Positions 8,804 through 16,794 of a stretch of 44,495 bases of DNA are shown here, piece by piece. Below the pieces are notes generated by a model, which saw only the letters and a program-made list of their open reading frames with translations, had not been told where the DNA came from and made no database searches. This DNA comes from an uncultured Gammaproteobacteria bacterium (GTDB lineage: Bacteria > Patescibacteriota > Patescibacteriia > UBA9934 > GWF2-40-263), in assembly GCA_964359095.1 (NCBI GenBank), contig CAYHRJ010000002.1, positions 1 to 44,495 of the forward strand, given 5' to 3'. Within the stretch, counting starts at the first letter, position 1, and every line of letters starts with the position of its first letter. Position numbers and translations under genes: made by a program.

Positions 8804-8834
8804 AAAATCGGTCCGATGTGGACCGATTTTTTTT
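8802..8834. terminator. Bidirectional intrinsic terminator between convergent genes
   Basis: 13-bp perfect stem aaaaaatcggtcc/ggaccgatttttt with loop gatgt; an A run on one side and a T run on the other. Confidence 0.8.
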
Positions 8835-9267
8835 ATTTCACGTACGTCTCTTCGAGCTTTCTCTTGAAACGTGTTTTCAGGTTGTTGAGGAAGCTGAGTT
8901 TGGCGCGGCGCACGCGAGCCGTTTTTACGAGTTCGATTTTGGCAATGAGTGGCGAGTGGACGGGATAGATTTTTTCTACACCGATGCCGTCGCTGACTTT
9001 GCGAATGGTGAGGGTGCGGGAAGGTCCGGCGCCTTTGACGCCCAGGATGATGCCTTCAAAAATTTGAACGCGCTCGCGGACTTCGCCTTTGGCTGAAACG
9101 TCCTTGATACGCTCGTGGAGTCGCACGGTTTGTCCGGCGCGCAGCTGATCGATTGTGAGCACGTTACTTGCCACGACCTTCTTGGCAGGCTCGGCAGGAG
9201 CTTCAACAGGCTCCACAGGAGTGACTGTTTCCTCTGCTGAGGCTGTTGTTTGTGTTTCTTCTTCCAT
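8833..9267 (-). CDS. rplS: 50S ribosomal protein L19 with an acidic N-terminal extension
   Basis: The core RVQIFEGIILGVKGAGPSRTLTIRK..GVEKIYPVHSPLIAKIELV is diagnostic of L19; 144 aa. Confidence 0.9.
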   Translation of the reverse strand: MEEETQTTASAEETVTPVEPVEAPAEPAKKVVASNVLTIDQLRAGQTVRLHERIKDVSAKGEVRERVQIFEGIILGVKGAGPSRTLTIRKVSDGIGVEKIYPVHSPLIAKIELVKTARVRRAKLSFLNNLKTRFKRKLEETYVK

Positions 9268-9301
9268 AGTGGCCAGACTATAATGAATTCAGCTTTTTTC
9301 G

Positions 9302-9886
9302 TCAAGTCACGTCACTCGCGAGTGACGTGACAAGAGAATCCATAATCCTCAGAACCTCTTCTACGGTATTTTCAAGATTCCCTTCTTGATTCACGACTCG
9401 ATATCGACAGGACGCTCCGTAATCACGCTCGTTTTTGATCGCCCGCATCCGTTCTTCAAGATTGACCGTCTTGCCTTGATCCCGAGCTGTCAGGTGCTTC
9501 ATGAGTGTTTCGTCTGATTCCGCATCGATGAAAATCACGATCGTTTCTGGATGTTCTTGTTGAATCGTCTTGGCGCCTTGGACATCGATGACAAACAAGA
9601 CGTCGTTGCCAGCTAGCAGGAGTTTTTCCACGTCTGATTTTTTGCTGCCATAGAGTGTGTCGTAGACGCGAGCAGATTCGAAAAGCTCACCAGCGTTTAG
9701 CAAGGAAGTGAGTGTTGCTTCATCGACAAAGTGATAGGAGATGCCGTCGGTTTCTCCAGGTCGGGATGGACGCGTTGTATAGGTCACGACTTTCTTGAGC
9801 TGTGGGCGTCGCTTGAGGAGTTCGTTCGCGATAGTTGTCTTGCCAACTCCACTTGGTCCGGTGATGATAAAGATTTTTCCTCTCAT
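9302..9886 (-). CDS. gmk: Guanylate kinase
   Basis: P-loop GPSGVGKTT, then TTRPSRPGE..G..YHFV, typical of Gmk; ATGA overlap with the upstream gene. Confidence 0.9.
   Translation of the reverse strand: MRGKIFIITGPSGVGKTTIANELLKRRPQLKKVVTYTTRPSRPGETDGISYHFVDEATLTSLLNAGELFESARVYDTLYGSKKSDVEKLLLAGNDVLFVIDVQGAKTIQQEHPETIVIFIDAESDETLMKHLTARDQGKTVNLEERMRAIKNERDYGASCRYRVVNQEGNLENTVEEVLRIMDSLVTSLASDVT
9306..9331. repeat. 26-bp perfect palindrome at the 3' end of the gmk coding sequence
   Basis: gtcacgtcactcg|cgagtgacgtgac read directly; it begins 2 nt inside the gmk stop codon. Confidence 0.9.
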
Positions 9887-10803
9887 ATTTTTTTCAGTGA
9901 GCGAAGCAGGCGTTCAAGCTCATCCGGCAGTCCTACCTCAAACGTTTTTTCTTTTCCGTTCATGAGTCTCACGGTCAGTCTGGTCGCATGAAGGAATAAT
10001 CGATCAAGTTCGATGGGACGAAATTTCATGCCTTTCACTTTGTAGATTTTGTCGCCTACGACCGGATAGCCTATGGCTTGGAAGTGCACGCGAATTTGAT
10101 GCGTGCGGCCTGTGAGAATTTTTACGCGAACATACGTCGTGGTGGGAAGTCGATCAAGTACATCATACTCTGTGTGTGCTTCTTTACCTTCTTGCGATTC
10201 AGGACGAGCGACCATACGGCCTTTGGCTTTGGAACGCGCGACCTTGAGTGTGATGATGTCGTGATCTTTTGGGAGCGAGCCGTATACTAGGGCGAGGTAT
10301 TCTTTTGTGAGCGTTCGTTCCTGGAACTGTCGTTTCAAATGTTCAAACGCTGTTTGGGTTTTGGCGATCACCATGAGACCAGAGACATCTTTGTCCAGCC
10401 GATGCACAATGCCTGGACGTTTTGGATCGTCACCAACCTCTGCAACCTCAGGGAAGGATTCAAGAAGAGCATCCACGACCGTTGCTCGCATTTCGTCTTT
10501 GAATGCTTCGTGGACAAGCAAGCCCGCAGGCTTATTGATGACCAATAGATCATCATCCTGATAGACGATTTCGAGCAGGGGAGCGACCTCGGTTTTTGTG
10601 TGCGTTGCTATTTCCGACGCTGGATAAAAAATCACATCGCCTGTTTCCAAGCGTCTATTGGATTTTGTGACATTTTTATTGACCAGCACACTTCCTGCTT
10701 CGATGAGCTTCTGAATCTGTGAGCGTGTCGATGTCATGTTCGACGTCAAAAAATGATCGAGTCGCTTGCCTTCTGCTTCCGCTGTTACATGAATTTCTGG
10801 CAT
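9883..10803 (-). CDS. rluD: RluA/RluD-family pseudouridine synthase with an S4 domain
   Basis: ATG at 10803 (MPEIHV); S4-like N-terminus and the catalytic HRLDKDVSGLMV motif; the track ORF extension to 10926 runs through a tRNA gene. Confidence 0.85.
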   Translation of the reverse strand: MPEIHVTAEAEGKRLDHFLTSNMTSTRSQIQKLIEAGSVLVNKNVTKSNRRLETGDVIFYPASEIATHTKTEVAPLLEIVYQDDDLLVINKPAGLLVHEAFKDEMRATVVDALLESFPEVAEVGDDPKRPGIVHRLDKDVSGLMVIAKTQTAFEHLKRQFQERTLTKEYLALVYGSLPKDHDIITLKVARSKAKGRMVARPESQEGKEAHTEYDVLDRLPTTTYVRVKILTGRTHQIRVHFQAIGYPVVGDKIYKVKGMKFRPIELDRLFLHATRLTVRLMNGKEKTFEVGLPDELERLLRSLKKI

Positions 10804-10899
10804 AGATGAGTCGCATAGTAGCAGACTAAACAAAAAACTCCAGGATCTGGAGTCTTTTGGCTTGTCGGCCCTAGCTCCGACTTCTGTCAGAGCGACGGC

Positions 10900-10976
10900 T
10901 GGTGGGCGCACGTGGATTCGAACCACGGACCTTCACAATGTCAATGTGACGCTCTAACCAACTGAGCTATGCGCCC
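10900..10976 (-). tRNA. tRNA-Val (anticodon GAC), CCA encoded
   Basis: Manual cloverleaf: acceptor GGGCGCA/TGCGCCC, D stem GCTC/GAGC, anticodon stem TCACA/TGTGA with loop TTGACAT, T arm CGTGG-TTCGAAT-CCACG, ACCA tail. Confidence 0.9.
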
Positions 10977-11022
10977 GTAGAGAGCGGAGGCATGATAGAA
11001 AAAAGTAGAGCGTGCGTCAACT

Positions 11023-11493
11023 TTAGAAAAATTTACTCGTGGATACAGGTGATTCTGTGATTGGATTTTCTGGTTGATTTTGAATTTGCGTGTCTTCATG
11101 AGGCTCTTCTAAAATAATCCACGGTTTGGTTTTACTTTTGGAAATGGTCATGATGAGAAATCCACCAAGTGTGAGAAATGCCGCGCCAATGAGGAAGATG
11201 CCGAAGATACTTGCGAACCCACATCCGAATACAGCCATGACCATCTCGGCGTTTGATTGTGCGTCTTCAAGACACGCGATGACATTCTGCTGTGAGCGCG
11301 CAATTCCGAAATAACTTGCGCTCACGCCAAGCAGCAGAGCCAAGATGGTAAACAAACAACTAAATCGCACCATGCGGATTTTCCCAAGACGCAGGATAGT
11401 GATCACTGCAAAAAAGACACCTCCCAAAACCCAATAAGCGAGAAACCAGAAGATCGAGAGTAAAATGACAAGAGAGATCAGTTGTGGGTCCAT
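11023..11493 (-). CDS. Polytopic membrane protein, unknown function
   Basis: 156-aa ORF with four hydrophobic segments and a polar C-terminal tail. Confidence 0.5.
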   Translation of the reverse strand: MDPQLISLVILLSIFWFLAYWVLGGVFFAVITILRLGKIRMVRFSCLFTILALLLGVSASYFGIARSQQNVIACLEDAQSNAEMVMAVFGCGFASIFGIFLIGAAFLTLGGFLIMTISKSKTKPWIILEEPHEDTQIQNQPENPITESPVSTSKFF

Positions 11494-11553
11494 AATAGTG
11501 AAAGTATAGCATGGTTGACGGAGCTCGGTGATATACTAAAGGGACAGTTAAAT

Positions 11554-11629
11554 GGGCGCGTAGCTCAACGGTTAGAGCACCGAGCTTATACCTCGGTGGT
11601 TCTTGGTTCGAATCCAAGCGCGCCTACCA
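11554..11629 (+). tRNA. tRNA-Ile with a genomically encoded UAU anticodon, CCA encoded
   Basis: Manual cloverleaf: acceptor GGGCGCG/CGCGCCT (G1-U72), D stem GCTC/GAGC, anticodon stem CCGAG/CTCGG with loop CTTATAC, T arm CTTGG-TTCGAAT-CCAAG, discriminator A, CCA. Confidence 0.85.
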
Positions 11630-11641
11630 ACAATAGTCACT

Positions 11642-11812
11642 ATGCCATTCCTATTCATCGGAATTAGCCTGCTACTCGTGAGCATTTTTTTCATGAGAAA
11701 AGCGGTTCAAAGACAAGACAGAGAAGGCATCATCGGACTCACAGCACTCATCATGGCGTCAGCCATTTTGATTCTTTTCTATGGATTGTTTTATTCGATT
11801 ACGATTCCGTAA
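11642..11812 (+). CDS. Small two-TM membrane protein (56 aa)
   Basis: ATG at 11642 just after the tRNA; MPFLFIGISLLLVSIFF and a second hydrophobic helix; the upstream part of the track ORF overlaps the tRNA. Confidence 0.35.
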   Translation: MPFLFIGISLLLVSIFFMRKAVQRQDREGIIGLTALIMASAILILFYGLFYSITIP

Positions 11813-11816
11813 ATCT

Positions 11817-13373
11817 ATGACAACACCTATCAAAATTTTTCTGTCAGCACTTGGACTCGGAATTATATTCGATTATTTATTTTTTGAGATGATGCGCGTT
11901 GGAATCAACTTGCCTTTAGCGCAGGTTCTTTTTTTGGCCGTGAGTTTTGGCTTGGCCAAGTGGACCAAGCACAAGCTGCCACGCCGTGCCTGGATCGCGG
12001 CTGGATTTGCCCTGGCCTACAGCGCTGTGTTCGCCGTGTGGACGGGCAGCTTCGGACTCACGATTGCGTTTTTGGGATTTTTTATTTCGAACCTTTTGTT
12101 CATTGCCTTTTCTCTGGGACATCACGGACAGTGGCGGCATCCATTTGATATTCTTGCAACCGGAACGATTGAACTTGGATGGAAGCTCTTGTCGCGCTTG
12201 TCAATTTTTCGCGAGCTACGTTCCAAGCGCTTCACTCTGCGTCAGAATGCGATTGTGAAGGGCGTCATCATCTTGCTACCGATCCTTCTTTTGTTTATCG
12301 CACTGTTTGCAAGTGCTGATCTTCTGTTCCGATCGTTCACCGATGAGGTTTTTTCAACGCTCAACGTGATCTTTGAGCCTGAGTACTGGCTGGGTCACGT
12401 TGTGTACGTCGGATTTTGGAGTGTGCTGTTCTCCACGATTTTTGCCGCAGCGTTTTGGCAACGTTTTACCCACTCAGCACTGGAGGAAATCAAACCCAGG
12501 TTCATTCTTGAGAGTCAGGTGATCGTCGGCGGCATTGCCGTTTTGTTCGCTGCGTTTCTCTTGGTTCAAGGCTATGCGTTGTTTGGTGGCGAGGCTGCGT
12601 TCGCTCAAATGACGGGCGTGACGTATGCAGAGTACGCCCGGCAGGGATTTTTTCAGCTCGTCATCTCTGCGATCCTGGTGATTGGAATCGTACTGACGCT
12701 CAGACTCATGCACAGTGAGCGCACACATAAACTCCTCACTGCGCTCCACGCGATTCTGATTGGAGAGACATTGCTCGTGCTTTTCTCTGCGTTCACTCGT
12801 CTCAATCTCTACGTTGAGGCCTACGGCTACACACCAGATCGACTGTTTGGTTATTTTGTGATGGACACGCTTGGGATTCTGCTTGTCTTGTTGTTTGTGA
12901 GTGTTGTACGCCAATCTTCGCAGTCCAGTTTGATGCGCCAGGGGTTGATCGTCTTGGGAATCTCGGGACTGTTGTTTGCTTGGACGCCATCAGATGAGCT
13001 CGCGGTGTTGCTCAACATAAAAAGACACGAGGTGTGTCTTGAAACTTTGAGCAACTGCAAAGTGGACGCGTTGTTGTTCTTGTCCCTGAGTGAGGAGGCG
13101 TATCCAAGGATCAAGACGTTTTTGGATGGAGCGTCAGAGGGTGAGGTTCAGAATTTTTATCCGACACAGGTCGCCGATACCGTGTGTGAAAGACTCTATC
13201 AGCGAGAGATGCTCAATTCTTTTTATCTGGGTAGTCTGTTCGTTCCCGATAGTTTTGCTGGGCCGGAATGGCAGGAATGGAATTGGGCACGAGCAAGACT
13301 TCCAGGTCGCTATCTTGATGATCCAACGTTGCCAGCGTGGCTAGAAATTACAGGCGAGGAAGATTGTCCTTGA
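11817..13373 (+). CDS. Large polytopic membrane protein (DUF4153/DUF4173-like, uncertain)
   Basis: 518 aa from ATG 11817; about 10-12 hydrophobic helices followed by a soluble Cys-containing tail. Confidence 0.55.
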   Translation: MTTPIKIFLSALGLGIIFDYLFFEMMRVGINLPLAQVLFLAVSFGLAKWTKHKLPRRAWIAAGFALAYSAVFAVWTGSFGLTIAFLGFFISNLLFIAFSLGHHGQWRHPFDILATGTIELGWKLLSRLSIFRELRSKRFTLRQNAIVKGVIILLPILLLFIALFASADLLFRSFTDEVFSTLNVIFEPEYWLGHVVYVGFWSVLFSTIFAAAFWQRFTHSALEEIKPRFILESQVIVGGIAVLFAAFLLVQGYALFGGEAAFAQMTGVTYAEYARQGFFQLVISAILVIGIVLTLRLMHSERTHKLLTALHAILIGETLLVLFSAFTRLNLYVEAYGYTPDRLFGYFVMDTLGILLVLLFVSVVRQSSQSSLMRQGLIVLGISGLLFAWTPSDELAVLLNIKRHEVCLETLSNCKVDALLFLSLSEEAYPRIKTFLDGASEGEVQNFYPTQVADTVCERLYQREMLNSFYLGSLFVPDSFAGPEWQEWNWARARLPGRYLDDPTLPAWLEITGEEDCP

Positions 13374-14706
13374 GCCAACTGAGCGCGGCTTCGCGGGTCA
13401 TGAGCCTGCCGTCGAGTTGGAGATCACGAATGCCGTCCAGCCAGAGACGAACCTTTGGGCCAGCAGGGATCCCAGCGGAGAGCACATCGTTACCAGAGAG
13501 CAGGGGAGCGATGGTTTCGTCGTGATCCACTAGCCATCGATCTTCCATTTCTTTCCGTCGTCGACGTGCTACGTCGGCGATTTTTTTTTGATCAAGTAAA
13601 TCTAGACAGCGAACAAGCGCGGCTCCACGACCGTTCATGAACCGACGTTCGAATTCAGATCCTGGAAGACCTTGCACTTCGTGGACAGACAGGTTTGTCT
13701 GGAGCGCTTTGGTGAGCCACAAGACATCTCCTGAATCGATTCGGATCTCTGAGTCTTTGGGGAGACGATCTAGTCCTGAAAGATGAATAGCGTTGCGTAC
13801 CTGTTCCTCACTTAGTCCGCGTATGAGAAGCGCAACGACGACCAGAAGTTCGTGCGGCTGTGTGCGTGTGAGCGGTTCGAGATAATCTTTTTGAGAGATG
13901 GATTCTTCAATACCGAGAAACAATTCTTTCAGAGTGCCTGAGTTGCGCAGGGCATCGATCGCTCTGTGAGGGTTGCGTGAGAGAGCCTTGGCTAATTCTT
14001 CGCCTACGATTTCGCGAGGAACGACGAATTCAAGCTTTCCCGTCGCTTCTCTCATCCGATTGATTTTAGGTATGAGCATTTTGATTGCGTCCATGGTCTG
14101 ATCCTCAATCGTAAACCCAAGCTCGGCAGCAAATCGGATGGCGCGGAGCATGCGTGTAAAGTCTTCGCGAAATCGATCTTCCGGATTTCCAACCGCGCGG
14201 ATGATCTTGTTTGCAAGGTCGGTTTGACCTTGGAATGGATCAACAAGTTGACGATCTCGGACATCAAACGCGATGGCATTCATCGTGAAGTCGCGCCGTG
14301 CCAAGTCGTCTTCGATCGGGAGGGAAGGATCTGATTGCACGTCAAAATCTTTGTAGCCGCCCAGGGATCCTTCTGCGACGGCTTCTGTACGTGGAAGAGC
14401 CAGGTCGATAAAGGGAATGCGATCAGACGAGAATCCACGTGGCATGAATTTGAACACACCAAAATGTTGTCCGACGAGATTCACTTCGCCTTGCGTACTA
14501 AACCATGTCTGAACATCCTCGGCGGATAATCCACGAATCACAAAATCAAAATCCATCTCCGCCATTTTTCTCCTAAGCAGTCTGTCGCGCACTGCACCAC
14601 CGACGAGATACAACTGAGCGTCTGAATGTGTTTGAAGAAACAGATCGACAAAGGCAAGTGCAGGTTCTTGTGCGATGAGTTTTTTAAGAACGTCCTCCTT
14701 CACCAT
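13348..14706 (-). CDS. CCA-adding enzyme / poly(A) polymerase family nucleotidyltransferase
   Basis: ATG at 14706 (MVKEDV); the LVGGAVRDRLL head-domain motif, then DFTMNA and RAIRFAAELGF motifs; the upstream 94 aa of the track ORF overlap the GT4 gene and an intergenic hairpin. Confidence 0.8.
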   Translation of the reverse strand: MVKEDVLKKLIAQEPALAFVDLFLQTHSDAQLYLVGGAVRDRLLRRKMAEMDFDFVIRGLSAEDVQTWFSTQGEVNLVGQHFGVFKFMPRGFSSDRIPFIDLALPRTEAVAEGSLGGYKDFDVQSDPSLPIEDDLARRDFTMNAIAFDVRDRQLVDPFQGQTDLANKIIRAVGNPEDRFREDFTRMLRAIRFAAELGFTIEDQTMDAIKMLIPKINRMREATGKLEFVVPREIVGEELAKALSRNPHRAIDALRNSGTLKELFLGIEESISQKDYLEPLTRTQPHELLVVVALLIRGLSEEQVRNAIHLSGLDRLPKDSEIRIDSGDVLWLTKALQTNLSVHEVQGLPGSEFERRFMNGRGAALVRCLDLLDQKKIADVARRRRKEMEDRWLVDHDETIAPLLSGNDVLSAGIPAGPKVRLWLDGIRDLQLDGRLMTREAALSWLKDNLPRL

Positions 14707-14717
14707 AAGTTTGGTAG

Positions 14718-14798
14718 CCCCAGGCTTTCCCCGCCCGCCGTAGCTTTCTTGTCCGCCATAGCCTTGGCGACGGCGGAAGCGACGGTGGGAGCCTGGGT
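14718..14798 (-). other. GC-rich nested imperfect hairpin in the GT4 to nucleotidyltransferase spacer
   Basis: Helices cccaggct/agcctggg (8 bp), cccgccgtagc/gcgacggtggg (9 of 11) and tccgcc/ggcgga (6 bp) stack around a 14-nt loop. Confidence 0.45.
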
Positions 14799-14815
14799 TC
14801 GATAGCCCTAGTATA

Positions 14816-15976
14816 TCAGATGAGACTCTGATAGACCTCGAGCGTTTTTTCGCACATGGTCTCGACGGAGAATTGATTTTGTGATTTTGTGCGTGCGTTT
14901 GCGCCCAGTCGTAGACGTTCAGCTGGATCCTGGATGATTCGCGTGAGAGCGTGGACAAGAGAGTCTTGATCATCAACGAGTTTACCAACGTTCGTGGTTA
15001 CAGCTTCCTTGATGCCACCGACATTGTTCGCGATCACAGGAATACCACGTGCCATCGCCTCCAAGATCGAATAGGGGAAACCTTCGAAGTGGGAGATGAG
15101 GACGAAGATGTCGGCTTCTTGTTCGAGTCGACGGAGAACCTCCACACGTGGGAGAGCACCGAGGAGACTCACGTGATTTTCTAGCTGTGACTCACGGATG
15201 AGATCTCGCAACGCTGGCATCTGTGGACCATTGCCGATGATGGTGACGCGAACGAGATCTCGGAGTGCGATAGGAAGCTGTGCCACAGCGCGGATCAACA
15301 AGAATGGATCTTTTGGCGGCGCGAGGCGACCGATGAAGAAGATGTTGATGTTGTTTCCCATTGTCATCCCGACTGAGGAGTCCGACGACGAGCGGAGGGA
15401 TCTCTGCGACTCTGAGGACGGAATTTCTACGCCATTGTAAATCTGGACGAGCTTGCACTCAGGCGCGATTCGATGCCGCCGCGCCAGCGCAAGATCATTT
15501 TGTGACACACAGATAATTCTTGAGCAGAATCTTGCAGCGACGCGCTCGAGGGTCGGGAGGATCAGCCGTCTCAGCAGAGGAGCGCCAGGCAGAAATCCCC
15601 AACCGTGGGCGGTGAAGACGGTCGGGATGCGGTTTCTCATCGTGAAGCGTCCCAGGAGTCCGGCGATCGTTGAGTGGCAGGCGAACAGGTCAGGTTGAAA
15701 GTCACGGATGGCGCAGGAGAGGGCGCGTGAGGCTCGCCAGAGTCGCAGAGGATTGGCGGAGTTTGAGAGTGAAGGATTGGGGAAAAATTTTGCACCTAGA
15801 TTATGTACCTCCTGTTCGAGCCATCCTCCTGGCCTGCCCTCCGAAGCCTCGGCGAAGGAGGGTGCACTCATGATCGCGACGTCATCACCACGCGCAACAA
15901 AAAACTTGGTGAGCTGCGCGACATGCGTCTGCGCGCCACCGGCTTCGGATTTGGTGATGAGAAAGAAGAGTTTCAT
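14816..15976 (-). CDS. Glycosyltransferase family 4
   Basis: GT-B pattern: N-terminal GGAQTHV, C-terminal EGFPYSILEAMARGIPVIANNVGG (E-x7-E-like motif). Confidence 0.8.
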   Translation of the reverse strand: MKLFFLITKSEAGGAQTHVAQLTKFFVARGDDVAIMSAPSFAEASEGRPGGWLEQEVHNLGAKFFPNPSLSNSANPLRLWRASRALSCAIRDFQPDLFACHSTIAGLLGRFTMRNRIPTVFTAHGWGFLPGAPLLRRLILPTLERVAARFCSRIICVSQNDLALARRHRIAPECKLVQIYNGVEIPSSESQRSLRSSSDSSVGMTMGNNINIFFIGRLAPPKDPFLLIRAVAQLPIALRDLVRVTIIGNGPQMPALRDLIRESQLENHVSLLGALPRVEVLRRLEQEADIFVLISHFEGFPYSILEAMARGIPVIANNVGGIKEAVTTNVGKLVDDQDSLVHALTRIIQDPAERLRLGANARTKSQNQFSVETMCEKTLEVYQSLI

Positions 15977-16794
15977 GAAGGTTTTTTGTACAGGTGTTGT
16001 TTGAATAGATGGATACGTACAAACCGTACGACCGAGGCAGGCAAGATGATCGCGAGAAATGGTTTCACGAGAAAGATCATGGACCAGATCCGATACTGTT
16101 TACGACGGATGGCAAGCAGACGCACACGCAGAGCCGATCGAATCTGTTCTCGCTCTTTTGCGTACGAGATCATTCCAATCGTGAATCGTTTTTGCATGAG
16201 TACCTCGGGGAGGTTTGCGAGTTTGGTGAGGGGAGCGGCGCGCATCCAGAGATCGTAGTCTTGTGCGCGGCGGTACGTCTCGTCCCAGCCATGGACGCGA
16301 TCAAGGAGAGTCTTGCGCACCATGACTGAGCTGTGGAGAAACGGATTGAAGCGGATGAGGGCGCGGCGAAGGGCATGATCTTGTGTCGGTGGATGTTTCT
16401 CACCGACAAGGTCACCCGCATCGTTGATAAATTGATACGCGGTTCCCACGATGCCGACGTCTGGATGTGCATCCAGAAACGCGACTTGTTTCTGAAGCCG
16501 TGTTGGGAGAGCGATGTCGTCTGCGTCCATGCGGGCGATGAAGTCACTCTGAGTCTCTTTCAGAGCGCGGTTGAGTGATTTTGTGAGCCCGAGGTTGATT
16601 GAGTTGGTGATGATTCGGATGCGAGGATCTTGCTGTGCGAATTGGCTCAAGATCGTGGGGGTCTGATCTGTTGATGCATCGTTCACGACAAGCAATTCAA
16701 AATCTCGATACGTCTGTGCGAGGAGACTCTCGACGGCCGTGCGCAGGTATCGCTCACCGTTCCAGACAGACATGAGGATCGAGAGCTTCGTCAT
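15973..16794 (-). CDS. Glycosyltransferase family 2
   Basis: ATG at 16794: LSILMSVWNGERYLRTAVESLLAQTY..ELLVVNDASTD and a DADD motif; ATGA overlaps on both sides. Confidence 0.85.
   Translation of the reverse strand: MTKLSILMSVWNGERYLRTAVESLLAQTYRDFELLVVNDASTDQTPTILSQFAQQDPRIRIITNSINLGLTKSLNRALKETQSDFIARMDADDIALPTRLQKQVAFLDAHPDVGIVGTAYQFINDAGDLVGEKHPPTQDHALRRALIRFNPFLHSSVMVRKTLLDRVHGWDETYRRAQDYDLWMRAAPLTKLANLPEVLMQKRFTIGMISYAKEREQIRSALRVRLLAIRRKQYRIWSMIFLVKPFLAIILPASVVRFVRIHLFKQHLYKKPS

Noticed and set aside
10804-10926. N-terminal 41 aa of track ORF 9883-10926 (an extension of the RluD-like gene)
   Set aside because: The extension reads straight through the tRNA-Val gene (10900-10976). The conserved S4-domain protein starts naturally at the ATG at 10803.
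11515-11537. A sigma70 promoter for tRNA-Ile using TTGACG (11515-11520) and TATACT (11532-11537)
   Set aside because: The spacer is only 11 nt, too short for a -35/-10 pair. The TGaTATACT extended -10 alone remains possible, but I did not list it as a feature.
14780-14812. Possible tRNA fragment, because of a ggttcgata T-loop-like string
   Set aside because: The flanking bases do not form a T stem, and no acceptor, D or anticodon arms can be drawn on either strand.
14707-14988. N-terminal 94 aa of track ORF 13348-14988, including an RGG-like Arg/Gly stretch
   Set aside because: It overlaps the 3' end of the GT4 gene in another frame and crosses the structured spacer. The nucleotidyltransferase homology begins after the ATG at 14706.
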